DNA of 63,923 nucleotides, filler included, from Reclinomonas americana ATCC 50394 (Eukaryota), in assembly GCA_048213135.1 (NCBI GenBank). It is 6 parts of 5 records of this genome, joined end to end, with 100 filler letters (N's around TTAATTAATTAA, not from the genome) between each part and the next. Parts side by side here need not be neighbours in the genome. Positions count along the whole stretch, not along the records: positions 1 to 22,295 come from PS015408.1; positions 22,396 to 48,401 come from PS015410.1; 4 more parts are not named here. One strand, 5' to 3'. Position numbers and translations under genes: made by a program. The notes beneath the pieces are model-generated. The model was not told the DNA's origin. It ran no database searches and worked only from the letters and a program-made list of their open reading frames with translations. Positions 13,301 to 26,077 of this stretch are shown here, piece by piece; within the stretch, counting starts at the first letter, position 1; every line of letters starts with the position of its first letter.

Positions 13301-13460
13301 GCGTCGAAACACTCACGGGCTTGTGGAACGTATTCTCGGCACCGTCTTGCCCGATTTCACCAACGCGCTTGGTGTTGCGGATGGCGTCGGCCGTGAGGAA
13401 GTGACCGACGAGGGGGACGGGGGCGACGAAGAGGAGGAAGAAAGAGTCTCAGTTCGATGA
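7322..13460 (+). CDS. NLR-like STAND protein: UBL - truncated HEPN-like - linker - UBL - putative HEPN - NACHT - pentapeptide - 14 WD40; exons 7322-7327, 7390-7688, 7751-7771, 7861-8976 (possible 63-nt intron 8287-8349), 9040-9060, 9155-13460
   Basis: Walker A GNSGAGKTT (~9963), Walker B LLLLLDGYDE, IITCR, NPFLL, AAANAATVL followed by pentapeptides (DLSGARVRDADLRDA), 42-aa GH..WS repeats. RNKLRH at 9576-9593. Exon structure is mirrored by the paralog at 48570-53397. Confidence 0.9.
11438..13170 (+). repeat. 14 tandem ~126-bp WD40-coding repeats with high internal identity
   Basis: Repeated GHTxxVxAVAVTPDGQHIVSGSxDxTVRVWSxASGEEVRRLE units. Confidence 0.95.
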
Positions 13461-13947
13461 CGAAGATGTGAGATCGGCTGGCGATGAAGACGACGACGCG
13501 AGCTTAGATGGAGATCATCGTTCAGCTGTTCGCAGTTTGGAGTGAACCTCTCAGTACTTGCGAGTTGGGCATCAACAATCCCCAGATGCTCTGCGTTTGC
13601 CTTGCCTTGATGCACAAAGTGGGCGAGGAGGGAAGGGAGAGGAATGAGAGAGAGAGAGAGGGAGAGAGAATACCTTGCTGCCTGCTTTGGATGAGCTTGA
13701 CGGTTTGCTGCGGTTGTCACTGGCTTTGCATGCAATGTGTTGCAAGTGCGACGGCATCGACCGAGACTGTCTTTTCGAGAGAACCCTCAGCAGCCAGCAC
13801 AGTAACATCTACAATACCGCTTCAAAGACAGACAAATCATAACCCACAATGAGATCGTTAGTGACCAGACCGACGCCGGCTTTCGGCCGTCCTTGTCCGT
13901 CGTCACATAAAAATGTCCCCGTGTCCTGCACCCGATTTCCAGAACAA

Positions 13948-14259
13948 ATGCTGCCGAGAAGAGCGCAGCGCGCCTTCCTCCTCTACGCGCTCGCATTATC
14001 ACTCTCATTAACACTGCTCCTATCATGCAACAACGCAAGCGCATTAACGGTTCGTCAGTCGACGTTTAGTGGCTGTTTTTTCGCGCCTTGTTCGATAAAC
14101 TGCCTCCTCATGACATCGTGATCGATTCGATGTGATTGAGAGAGACTCACAAAGAGAGAGAGAGAGAGAGACGAGAGAGAGGAGGAGAGAGGAAGGGAGA
14201 GTGAGGAGAGAGAGGAAAGAGCGAAGGCGATTGATCGTCGCCGATCAACAGTGACTGAG

Positions 14260-14334
<75 letters not shown>

Positions 14335-17281
14335 NNNNNNNNNNNNNNNNNNNNNNNNNNNNNNNNNNNNNNNNNNNNNNNNNNNNNNNNNNNNNNNNNN
14401 NNNNNNNNNNNNNNNNNNNNNNNNNNNNNNNNNNNNNNNNNNNNNNNNNNNNNNNNNNNNNNNNNNNNNNNNNNNNNNNNNNNNNNNNNNNNNNNNNNNN
14501 NNNNNNNNNNNNNNNNNNNNNNNNNNNNNNNNNNNNNNNNNNNNNNNNNNNNNNNNNNNNNNNNNNNNNNNNNNNNNNNNNNNNNNNNNNNNNNNNNCTC
14601 TCTCTCTCTCTATAGATCGACCTCTGAGACCATCGATCGTCATTCTTGAGATCTCTTGCGCACCATTTCTCGTGAAGAGCACGAGAGGAGAGCGAGCGAT
14701 TGCCAATTCTTGCAGTGCAGTATGAGACACTGAGGGAAAGAGAAAGCACGATTGATTAGGAAGCCACAGTTATTTGCCTTGCAGAGAGCTAGTCGATGTC
14801 TTTGGTGACCGCGAAGGAAAAAGAAACGGCAGCGATCCTCGCGACTCACAGTCTCCTTTGCCCTTCCCTCCCTCTCCCTCCTCCTCTCTCTCCGCAGGGC
14901 GCCATCTCCTCCTCCGGCCTCTCCGCCTGCACCTCCTCCCAGTACTTCAACATGGCCACCATGTCGTGCACCGACTGCTTCTCCGTCGGCTACGAACCCG
15001 ATCCAACCACCCTCTACACGTCATGTCGATGCGCCGAGGGCTATCAGGCGGTGTGGCCCATGGATGATACCTCGAACAGGTAAAGCACGCAGACACAGGG
15101 ACTGTTTCGTCTACTCGCGTTGGTGCTGTCCGTGTCTCAGTTGTGGCAGAGTGCTCTCTAATTGTCGTCACTTTGAGCGATTCCCCTGCGTTTTGCAACT
15201 GCTGTCATTCTCACCCCCTCGCCCTTCCCTTTTCCTCCCTTCTCCCTCCCCTCCCTCAGTCTCGGCTTCACCTGCAAGGCCTGCGGCGCCAACACCGGCT
15301 CTACTGCCGATCGCCTCCGCTGCGTCGAATGCACCGGCAGCGGCGTGGGCTTCACCACTGGCGTCGGCTGCACCTGCGCAGCAAACTCGGGTCAGGCTCT
15401 GTTCGAAACAGATGCGGCCGGCAACGCACTGGCCAAACCCGTGTGCCTCTCGTGCCCGTCCAATATGTATGTGTCGGCAACTGATCGGTGAGATAACAAG
15501 CCTTCTCTCCGTCGCGCTGCTCCTCTTTCCGTCGCTCTGCTCGTCTCTCCTTGCTCCTCTTTCCGTCGCTCTGCTCCTCTCTCCATCGCTCTGCTCCTCT
15601 CTCCTCGTCGCTCTGCTCCACTTTCTCCGTCGCTCTGCTCCTCTCTCCATCGCTGTGCTCCTCTCTCCTCGTCGCTCTGCTCCTCTCTCCTCGTCGCTCT
15701 GCTCCACTTTCTCCGTCGCTCTGCTCCTCTCTCCATCGCTGTGCTCCTCCTCTCCTTGTCGCTCTGCTCCTCCTCTCTCCATGCTCTCTCTCCCCGCTCG
15801 CTCTGCTCTCTCTCCGCTCGCTCTTTTCTCTCCGCTCCTGCTCGCTCTGCTCTCTCTCTGCTCTCTCTCCGCTCGTTCTACTCTCTCTCCGCTCGCTCTA
15901 CTCTCTCTCCATCGCTGTGCTCCTCCTCTCCTTGTCGCTCTGCTCCTCCTCTCTCCATGCTCTCTCTCCGNNNNNNNNNNNNNNNNNNNNTTCGCTCTGC
16001 TCTCTCTCCGTTCGCTCTGCTCTCTCTCCGTTCGCTCTGCTCTCTCTCCGTTCGCTCTGCTCTCTCTCCGTTCGCTCTGCTCTCTCTCCGTTCGCTCTGC
16101 TCTCTCTCCGTTCGCTCTGCTCTCTCTCCGCTCGCTCTGCTCCCTCTCTCCACTCGCTCTGCTCTCTCCCTCCCCTTCCCCCTCTCTTCCCTCTCTTCCC
16201 TCCCTTCCTCCACCCCCCTCCTCCGTTTCCCTTCCTTCCCCCACCCTCCCCCTCTCCCTCACCCTTCCCCCTCCTCCCCCTTTCCCCCTTACCCCTTCCC
16301 CCTTCCCCCCACACAGCCGCCGCTGCACCCCCTGCGGCGACTGGCGCATGACCCGCGTCGGCAACACCTGCACCTGCCCCGACCCCCTCGCCCAAACCGG
16401 CGGCGAATGCGTCCTCGCCACCGCCCTCTCCACCCTCCAACAGCGCTTCCCCTCCGCCTCCACCATCTCCTTCCTCGACGGCGCCGGCGTCAACGCCGCG
16501 CAATCTTCACTCTTTGCCAACGTGTTCCCGCTGGCCGCCATTCGCTGCGCCGTCGAGGGCTCCTCGCGCCACTGCGTGCAGCTGGCCAATCTGTGCGCCC
16601 TGCGCCTCTACGACACGTCGTCGCCGGCCTGCATTGCGCTGGACGAGGTCACGGCGGCGCAGCAGACGTCGAACAGCAACGGATTCACCGGCTGGCCGGC
16701 GTCGCCAGTGCCGTGGGCGCGCTATCGCTCCGCCAGTGATTTGACCGCGGGCGTCGGTTTCTCACAGTCGGTGTCGTTTGACGGGGACTTGTCGCATTTG
16801 CGGTTGTGGGTCGCCGCCTTTAACATGACCGGGTTTCATGTGGGGACGTACAGGGTGTCCAATGAGACGCAGGTGGGCGGAGGGAAGGAATGGGGGAAGG
16901 GGGTAGAAGGGGAAGGACTGAGGGAGAGGGAGAGGAAGGGAGAGGGGGAGGGGGAGGGCGAGGGAGAGGGCGAGGGATGAGGGAGAGGGAGAGGGAGAGG
17001 GAGAGGGGATTAATGAAGGAGAGAAAGAGGGAGAGAGGAGAAAGAGAGAGGGATAGTGAGTCTGATAGAGTTCTGGGTGCATGCTCTCCATATCCGCTGT
17101 TCGTAAATAGAACGATGCATCAACTTCGATCGAAGCATCAGTGAGCAGGAGAGGAGACTCGGAACACGATAGTGCTGTCAGTTTCGCTTCTGTCTCCTTG
17201 TCCTTGCTGTTCTCGCTCTCGCTTACTGATTGTATGTTTGTCTCCCTCTCCTTGCTGTCTCTCTCAACCTTTCCCTCAACT

Positions 17282-17329
<48 letters not shown>

Positions 17330-20300
17330 GCCTTCTCCCTCCTCTTCTTCTCCTTCTTGTTCTTATTCTTCTTGTTCTTTGTTCTTCTTGTTCTTATTCT
17401 TCTTGTTCTTTGTTCTTCTTGTTCTTTGTTCTTCTTGTTCTTTGTTCTTCTTGTTCTTCATTTTTCTTTTCTTTTTCTTCTTCTTCTCTCTTCTTTCATT
17501 ATCCTCTCTATCATATCCTCCTTCTTGTCTCTTTCTTCATATCCTCTCTCACATCTCCCCCCTTTCCCCGATCGCGCAGCTCTGCCCCACCACCAGCACC
17601 ACCCAAGCAGCGGGCATGGAAGTCGGCCGCGTCTACTCCAACGAGTGCTTCATTCGCGTGCAATATCTCGCCTCCCTGCCGTCACCACTGCTGTATGATC
17701 CATGTTGCGTCGCCCAACAACAAAGCAGTGCATAGCACTTTGCTTCTCACTCGTGCTGCAGATGTTGAGTTGTCAAATGGCAGTCTCTTTCCGCTCCCTG
17801 TGCGTGTCACTTTCAAGGACTCGACCACACAGTATTATGTGCGGTGAGTGGCGATCTGATGTGTGGACTTATTTTTTTTTTTATTTTTTGACGTGTTGTT
17901 GCATGCAGACGCTTCTTCGCCTACGACAATGTCAGTGGCGTTAGTACGGGCACGACGCCTGAAGCTGTGCGGTTCTTGAAGAAAGTGTCCTTGGAGTTGC
18001 GTGGTGTAGATGTCCCTTTTCCTGGGCGCTCTCACTCACTCTTCCCCTGATGCAGGGTCACGCTCAACACGGCCGCCAGCTCCGCCGTCAAGATCCCCGT
18101 GCTGGCAGTGCAGTACGCCTCGGCATCCACGGCCAGCGCGCCAGTGCTGGGCTCGGGTGTGGCCAATCGCGTGGTCGACACGGCGGAGGGTAGCTTCAGC
18201 CCGCAGGTGAGTCCAACGACTTGGATATCCCTCACTGTCTGCATTCGGCTGTTTGCCTGCCGTTTCTGGCCTCTTTTCTCGTTTCTTTCTCTCTCTTTCT
18301 TTCTCTCTTACCAACTTTCTCACTTGTGCTTTTCTGGTGCTTTTGTTTGCATATCTGTGAATGCCATTTTACTGTTGTCTCAGTTATGCTCTCTGTGTCT
18401 TTCTCTCCGCCTCTTTCTTCCCTCGCGCTGTGTCTTCTATCGCTTCCGACTGCTGCCTTTCTGTTCGTCTCTCTCGCGTATCACATTAATTCACGAAGTT
18501 GTTGAGCTTCGCTTTCTCGTGATCGTTTGCAGTTTTTCCCTTTTCTGTTCGTCGCTGTCTTCCACTCGTCCCCGCATTGTGTCCTCTATCGCTTCCAGTT
18601 GCTGCTTTTCTGTTGTCTCTGTGATCTGTTGCTCTTTTGTCTGCGATTGCCAGTCTCTTCGTCTTAGTCCATAATTCGCTCTTCGCTTGTGTCTCTCTCA
18701 CCCTTCCGCCTCTCTCTCCCCACCTTGTCGCTTCCGATTCACGATGCTCATCGTGCGTCGCTCTTCTCTGTGATTGCCAGACTCTTCGTTTCAGTCCATC
18801 ATTCGTGTTTCACTTTGTGTCTCTCTCACTCTTCCGCTTCTCTACCTCGCACTGCTTCGTCTGATCTTTCCCTCTTTTGACAGGAGCCTTTCCTCTGACT
18901 GAAGACTGCACTTTCTTCTCTTTTTGTCTCCCTTCTTCTCTCCCTGTTACTCACTTGCCAATAACTGCAGTCGACATACGAGACCGACTACCAGGCCACC
19001 AGCGGCTTCCTCAACGTGTTCGGCGTGGCGGTGTTGGCCACTGGTGCAGCCGTGGTCGTCATTCTGGCGCTCTTCTCGTCGTTCCGGTTTGCCAGGAGGC
19101 GAATGAATGACACGCTGGATGTGGAGGTGCGAGGGGGAGAGAGGAGTGAAGAGAGAGGGAGAGAGAGAGAGTGGGTTGAAGAGAGAAGAAGCAGGATTAG
19201 TGGAGAAGGAAAGAGCAAAAAAGGTAGAAGGAGGAAGGAAGAGAGGCAGAAAAAGAGACCCAGGAGGTGAGAGGTAGAAGAACTAAGAGAGAGGCAAGAA
19301 GAGAGGCAGGAAGAGAGAGACAAGATGAGAGAAGAAGCAGGAAGAAAGAGCTAAGAAGAGTGGCATAAAGAGGCAAGCAGGACTAGAAAGGCAGGAAGAG
19401 AGAGACAGGAAGAGAAGCAGGAGGAGAGATGCAGGAAGAGAGATGATTAAAGAGAGATGGGGACGAGAGAGAGGCAGGACGAGAGAGGCAGGAAGAGAAA
19501 GGCAGGAAGAGAGAGGTAGAAAGTGAGAAACAGGAAGACAAGCAGGAAAAGAGACGCAGGAAGAGAGACACAGGAAGAGAGGCACAAAGAGGAAAAGAAG
19601 AGAGAAACAGGAAGAGAAGCAGGAGGAGAGATGATTGAAGAGAGATAGGGACGCAGAGAGAGGCAGGACGAGAGAGGCAGACAGAGAGAGAAGAAAATGC
19701 GTGTGTGCAACTCGCAGCGATCTGATGGCAGCGCTTCCTTCAACGCACTCTATCTTTCTCTATCTCTTTCGCTCCGTGTGGATGCGTGCGTGTGTGACAG
19801 TGAGGATGAATACACATGTGTGAGTGTTCATGTCTGCTTGAAGCGCTGCGGATGCGTGTGCTCTCTCTGACTCTCTCCTTCTGACACTCGTTCAATCTCT
19901 TCGTCGTTTTGTATCCCTTCTTTCAGTGCTCTCTGATTCGCAAAGCATCGTCTTCTGATCTGTTTCTACTTGCGCAGCTGCTGGCCCACTTTGTCTCAGC
20001 CGTGTTCAATCTCACTGGCGATCTGCTGTGGGTGGCGCTGTCAGTCATTTGTGCATACTGGTGAGTGCCGGAAGCATGCTCGACTCAGGGCGCTCTCCAT
20101 TCCTCACGCTATCCCACGCAGGTACATTTTCTTTAAGCTCCAGTCCAGTGTGTCGCTCTTCCTGCCCAAGTCGTCGGACCTGGCAGTGTTTATTGCCCTG
20201 CTGGCGGTGGCCTTTGCCATCAAGGTCTGTTCCATCACTTTGTTGCATTGTGTGGTGTGTTGAGGTGTGCATCCTCTTCCGCTATCGCCTGTCGCTCCCT

Positions 20301-22221
20301 GTCGCTCTCTGTCGCTCTCTGTCGCTCCCTGCCGCTCTCTGTCGCTCCCTGCCGTTCTCTGTCGCTCTCTGTCGCTCCCTGTCGCTCTCTGTCGCTCCCT
20401 GCCGTTCTCTGTCGCTCCCTGCCGCTCTCTGTCGCTCTCTGTTGCGCCCTGCCGCTCCCTGCCGCTCCCTGTCGCTCTCTGCTCCCTGCCGCCCTTTGCC
20501 GCTCTATGTTGCGCCCTGCCGCTCCCTGCCGCCCCCTGTCGCTTTTCAACCGCTATCTGCCGCTCTCTCCCTCTCTCTTGTCTCTCTTGCATTCGATTTT
20601 GTTTCTCTTTCTTAAGTTTACTCTCCCTCTTTGTCTTCTCCATTTATTCCCCTCTAATTCTGTCAGTCTTTCTCTCTCTCTTTCTCTAACATGCATTATC
20701 CCTTTCTCGCATTATCCCCTCCTTTCGCTCTTCTCTCTCTCTCTCTGTTCTCTCTCTTTGCCCTCGTCTCACATCATTGTGCGCACCTACAGCTGATAGC
20801 GGCCATGTTTATCCTTTACCGCCAGACCCACATGGATGTCTTCTTCCTCGACTGGGAACGCGCCCGCCTCGGCAAGGAAGGCAAGCCGCACCCGGTCTCC
20901 GTCTGGCGTCGTCTGTTTATTGCCAACGAATGGCACGAGCGAGAGGTGCTTGCACTTCTCACCGCTGCTCCTAGACGACCTCCCTCATTCCCTTGTCTTC
21001 TCCTCGCAGGTCACTCGCCTCACCAGCGTCTCCGTCAACCTCCTGCTCACCGTGTTTGTGCTCAACGGCCTGAGCGTCATTTACACCTCGAAACCGGTGC
21101 CGACGGCCAGTGATTTGTCGGCCGGCGTGACGCACCCGCTGCTGAGATTCTTCATCGTGGTGGCGTTGTATTTCGGGTTGTGGGTGTTGCAGGTGAGCGC
21201 GAAAGGGGAAGAGAGAAGAGAGGAATAGGCCTGGTTTCGAGACGTGAGATAGCAGGGAACTGAGGACAACAAGGCGAACGATTGCCAGTGGTGCTTGTGT
21301 TTGCACAACGATTGTCGCGTCGATAGAACTGGAGGCAAAATGGTACAGAAAGCGAATACAGAGCACCATCTGTATTTGGAAGGGAGAGAGTCGGAGAGCG
21401 ATAGAGTGAGAAAGATGAAGAGAAAGACAATGAGAAAGAGAGAGAAAAGAAAGAGGAAGAGAGAATACGAGAACAAATGTAAGAGGGAAAGGCGCGACTT
21501 CTCGTGGTTGCTGTAACTCTGCTCTGCGCAGACGACAGTGTGAAACAAGAGATGTCGACACTTTCTCGCTCTCTCTTCATTCTATTCTGTTTCTGTTTCT
21601 CTCTTTCACTCATTTACTTTCTCCTGTCTCCATTGCCTGCCAGTCGCATTCTCCTGTTGATTGTCTCGCTCTTTTTCTCTCTTTCCCTTTGTTCACTCTC
21701 TCTTCCTGTCCCTTTTCGACTCACTCTCCCTTGCATTCCTCTCCCACACTCATTTGTTGTCTCGCCTTTCTGTCTTCTTTTGTCATGCCATCCACACTAT
21801 CTCTTCCATTCATTCTCTTTTCATCGCCCTGTCTTTCCTTCTTCCATCTCCCGCCCTCTGTTTTCCTTCTCCTCACCACCCATCTTTCTTGCCTCGACCT
21901 CCGTCTCCCTTTTCCTCTTCCTCTCCCTTCCCTCATCTCACCCTCTCCCTTCCCTTTCACCTTTTCCTCATCTCCCCCTTTTCCCTTTCCCTCATCCTTC
22001 CCCCCACCCTTCCCCCTCCACAGATCCTGTGGAAATTCATCATCGAATTCCGCTTCCTGAGCAACCCCACCCACGAACTGGTCGACCTGTGCTCCATCGC
22101 CAACATCTCCGTCTTCTGCCTCCCCGACAACCTTTTCGGCTACTACATTCACGGCGCCGCCATCTTCCCCCACTCCGACACCAACATGTTCCAGTTGAAC
22201 GAGAATCTGCTGAAGGAGGCG
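13948..22221 (+). CDS. TMEM67: Meckelin (ciliary transition-zone protein), multi-exon, 3'-truncated at scaffold end
   Basis: Signal peptide (LLYALALSLSLTLLLSC); Cys-rich exons at ~14898, ~15260 and ~16317; CVQLANLCAL; TM segments; QTHMDVFFLDWER, VSVWRRLFIANEW, DLCSIANISVF, GYYIHG, HSDTNM, all characteristic of meckelin. Confidence 0.92.
15500..16170. repeat. Intronic tcgctctgctctctctccg(t) minisatellite (~20-nt unit)
   Basis: Tandem copies in a meckelin intron. Confidence 0.85.
20283..20560. repeat. Intronic ~10-nt repeat gtcgctc(c/t)ct
   Basis: Tandem copies in a meckelin intron. Confidence 0.85.
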
Positions 22222-22339
22222 GTGAGCTTTCTGGCACCAAAGGGAACGTGGCCATGATCGTATTCTCTCATCATTGCCTGCTGCAGAATCTGGAANNNNN
22301 NNNNNNNNNNNNNNNNNNNNNNNNNNNNNNNNNNNNNNN

Positions 22340-22351
22340 TTAATTAATTAA
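22340..22351. other. Artificial scaffold linker TTAATTAATTAA flanked by Ns (also ~48446, ~54472, ~58403, ~62396)
   Basis: Identical six-frame-stop 12-mer between N runs, five times; adjacent genes are truncated at these points. Confidence 0.97.
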
Positions 22352-22396
22352 NNNNNNNNNNNNNNNNNNNNNNNNNNNNNNNNNNNNNNNNNNNNA

Positions 22397-22451
<55 letters not shown>

Positions 22452-23139
22452 AGGAACAGAGAGGGGAGAGAGGAAGAGGAACAGAGAGGGGAGAGAGGAA
22501 GAGGAACAGTGAGGGACAGAGCGGAGAGTGCGGAGGCAATGACGACAAACGTGACAAGTGTCGCCTTTTGCAGGCAAGGTGACAACGAAAGACAGAGTGC
22601 AGTCAGCGAGAGAGTGAGTGAGCAAGGAGAGGGACAAGGAGAAAGAAGGAGAGAGAAGGAGAAGGAGAGGGAACGACAGAAAGAGAATAAGAGAATGAGA
22701 GAAGAGGGAGACCGAATAAGAAGAACAAGAAGAAGAAGAAGAGGCAGCAGAGAGGAAGACAAAGGATAGAGAGACAGTGAGCGAAGAGAGAATGCAAGGA
22801 AATCGAGCTGAATCACAGTGAGAGCGTTGAGAGAGAAAGAGAGTGAGTTCTCATGAGAGAGTAAGAGCAGACAACTGTCTCTCTCAACACACACACGGCC
22901 TTCCCCCTCACACTCACACAGAGTCGTTTTTCTCTGACGGAAGAAAAGATGCAAGGATTCCGGTGTTCGACAATGCACAAACTCACTCTCTCACTCTCTC
23001 TCACTCTCTCACACACTCTCTCTCTCTTTCTTACTGTGAGTGAGTGCGTGTGTGAGCGTGTCAGTACGTAACGAGACAAAGCCGCTGAGCCAGTCAGAGG
23101 AGGAGCTGATTGAGTGCTCTTCACAGTCGGATGACATGA

Positions 23140-23185
<46 letters not shown>

Positions 23186-24341
23186 AGCGACTGTGTGTGC
23201 GAATCACGGCGCGCGTGTCCTGTGTCGGAGCTGTAATCCGCGTTTTGTTCGCGCCCTTTTTTGCTTGTCATCTTTTGTGCAACTGACACAGGAGTGCTTT
23301 TGAAAGAGAAACTTTCCCTTCCTCTCTCTGTCTGGCTGTCTCCCTCGTGTGCAATGTGTTGCGAATTTCGAACTTGGCAGCTTCCGATCCTCTCCGTGAA
23401 GGGAATGCCACCAACCTTGCAGCGATAAACACAGCACTTGCATTCACTTACAGTGTGTTCGGGGCAGCAACCTTAGACGATGTATAGCGATATCGATGTC
23501 TCACAACCACGTCAGCTGTGGCAGTGACAATGATGCCTCCTCCGGATAACGTGTACTGTCACGCCGTTGTGTCCGGCTGCGGCGCTCTCGCCATGCGGTC
23601 CAAATCACCGCCATTGCCGTCTGGCGCATTGTGGCCTCCAGCCGTCGTTGCTGTTGCAGAGACAATCTCGATACTCTACGTGCCGCCTGCCACTCGTTCG
23701 CCTTCGCTGCGGCATTCCTGCCACGCGGTCCACAGCACTCTGCCATAGTCACACAATGGCCACCAGCCGTTTGTCGCACAGCCCCTTGAAGCCGTCACGA
23801 ATTCTGCAGTGTGGCCCTCAGTACACCGCATGCGCGGCCGCCTCCACAACACGTCGGCGCCACTACCGTCCGTCGTCCGCAACGCCGACCTCGACATTGC
23901 ACATGCCGCTCGTTACTCGGTCGTCCTTCGCAACGCATCGTGCGTCACAGTCACGTCAGCTCTTGCAGTGTCACCACATCGTGTGTCGCGTCCGGTACAA
24001 GGTCCTTTGCAGCCGTCGTCGCTGTGTGACCCTCAACACGTCGGCGCCAATGCCGTCCGTCACACAACCTAGCAGCCGTTCCCGCCACGTCGACTGAGAT
24101 ACTCCACATGTGCTCGTCACTCGGTCACCTCCTGCTCCGGCGCTTCCGAACGGTAGCCATCACCTCTTCCGTGTGACCCTAAACACGCTGGCAACACTGC
24201 CATCCGTCACGAATCACGTCGTCTAGTCACCTCACGTCGCCCATCACATAGCTGCCGTCACATAACGAGCCGCATGCCGACTACGTCGTCCCCACAATCC
24301 GACGGCAGGCTGTCTGTGGCGCCTCTCCCTCTTCCCTCTCC

Positions 24342-26034
24342 TCACTCCCTCGCCGGCAATCGAATCCACACCTTGATTGGCACACTGCACTCGCGACCGC
24401 CGCCGCCGGTGGTCTCCTTCCCCATCACCGCCTGCTTGTACCGCTCCCATCCCGCGCGAGTCAGCAGCATGGGACCCGGCGGGCCGTTGTCATCGTCACC
24501 AGCGACCTGTCCCGTTGAAGAATGAGCATCACAGCGCACGTCGAAGCAACGACAAGCAACTCACCGCTTTCCACTCGCACGTCGGCACCGAGTGCACCGA
24601 GGCTCCCGGATACACGTCGGCCACTTCGCTGGCGATCGCCGCTCGGAACTCCTCGTGTGTCGTGTTGACCGTGGCGCACACGGGGAACCAGCAAGATGCT
24701 GAGAATTCCAGAGTGAGTCATGGTGAAGCAGGGATAGCGCGCGTGTTGCACGCACCCAGAGAACCGTACGGGCCCTCCTCGGCAGAGTGCTCATTGTCGA
24801 CGGCTTGCATGTGCACTCGAATCCAGTATTGCGGCAGCGCTACCGCTGGAGGAACAGCAGCAGCTGGAGGTGGTGGTGGTGGCGGTGGTGGAGGTGAAAG
24901 GGGCAGTGGGACAGCCGCTGCCGGCGGCGGGACAGCTTTTTGGCGCTTCAGAGGCGGCTGCACACTGGCTTCGTCGTCCTCGATCTTCTCCTTATCGTCG
25001 TCGTCCATGCCGCTGTCGCCACTGCTGCTGCTGCTGTCCTCGTCGTGGGAGTCAAAGGAGAGAGTGGGGGCCGGAGGAGAAGGCTTGGGTGGTCGCGGTG
25101 GCGGTGATCGCGCTCTGCGCGAGATGTGAGATGAAGGAGAAGGGTGAGGCGCGAAAGAAGAAAACTCACCTCTTGCGCTGCGGAGCGTCGGGGGCGGCAG
25201 AGGCAGATGCGCTTCCAGTCTGAATCCTGGGAATGGAGATGGGAGAGAGTGAGAGAGTGTTGAAGAGAAGACAGCAACTGCAATGTGAATTCAGTCACCG
25301 ATGTGCAAGCGGGCGAAAAGAGAGAAAGAGCAAGAGCGATTTCAGAAGCGCGAGAAGTAACAGCCGGACAACATGACGCCTCACAAACGTGAGTGATTGC
25401 TCGCAAAGCGCCTTCAGACGCAAACGAGCAAAGACAAGGACACGGGAGAGAGTGAGCAAGAGGGAAGGCGTTGCAAGAACCGCCTAACATCGACAGCTTA
25501 CTCTCTCTCTCTCTCTGCATGAGTGCAAGTGGTTGGAAAGAGAGATAAAAAAAGAGAGAACAAATAGCCGACCAGCCACAGTTCTCCAAAGGACGCCTCT
25601 AAATCGTGAGTGATTGCTCGCAAAGTGCCTTCAGACGCAAACGAACAAAGGCAAGAAAACGACTGAGAGAGAAAGTGAAAGAGAGCAAGAGAGTCCATTG
25701 CGAGTGATTGCTCGCATTCTGTATTCAACCACAGATAGAAAGAGCCACAGGAAATCAACAGCCACATACACTCAATCGAGCTCGAAATTTGCACGAAAGA
25801 GCAAATAGGCTGATGCAAGGAAACGACAGAGACATAGAAATCACAGAGCGAGAAGAACACAAGCCACTCCCCTTCTGCCTTTCTCTGCAATCTCGTGAAG
25901 AGAAAGTGAAGGGAAATCTTACTTCCTCACTCCGAGAAATTAATGCATTTCCTTCCTTTCTTCTCCACATCTCACAAAAATAAAGAAATCGACTCTCCTC
26001 TACAATCTTTGTCTCCTCTCTTCTGTGTCTGTTT

Positions 26035-26077
<43 letters not shown>

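Noticed and set aside
13505..13810. Possible small minus-strand two-exon gene between the NLR-like gene and meckelin
   Set aside because: Splice-like signals exist but no frame or homology could be established.
22340..22351. Palindromic TTAATTAATTAA recurring five times (piggyBac-like TTAA site or regulatory motif?)
   Set aside because: Always embedded in N runs and encodes stops in all six frames: an artificial concatenation linker.
25375..25660. Two ~70-bp direct repeats (gacgcctc..gtgagtgattgctcgcaaag..)
   Set aside because: Local intronic duplication with no terminal inverted repeats or target-site duplication.
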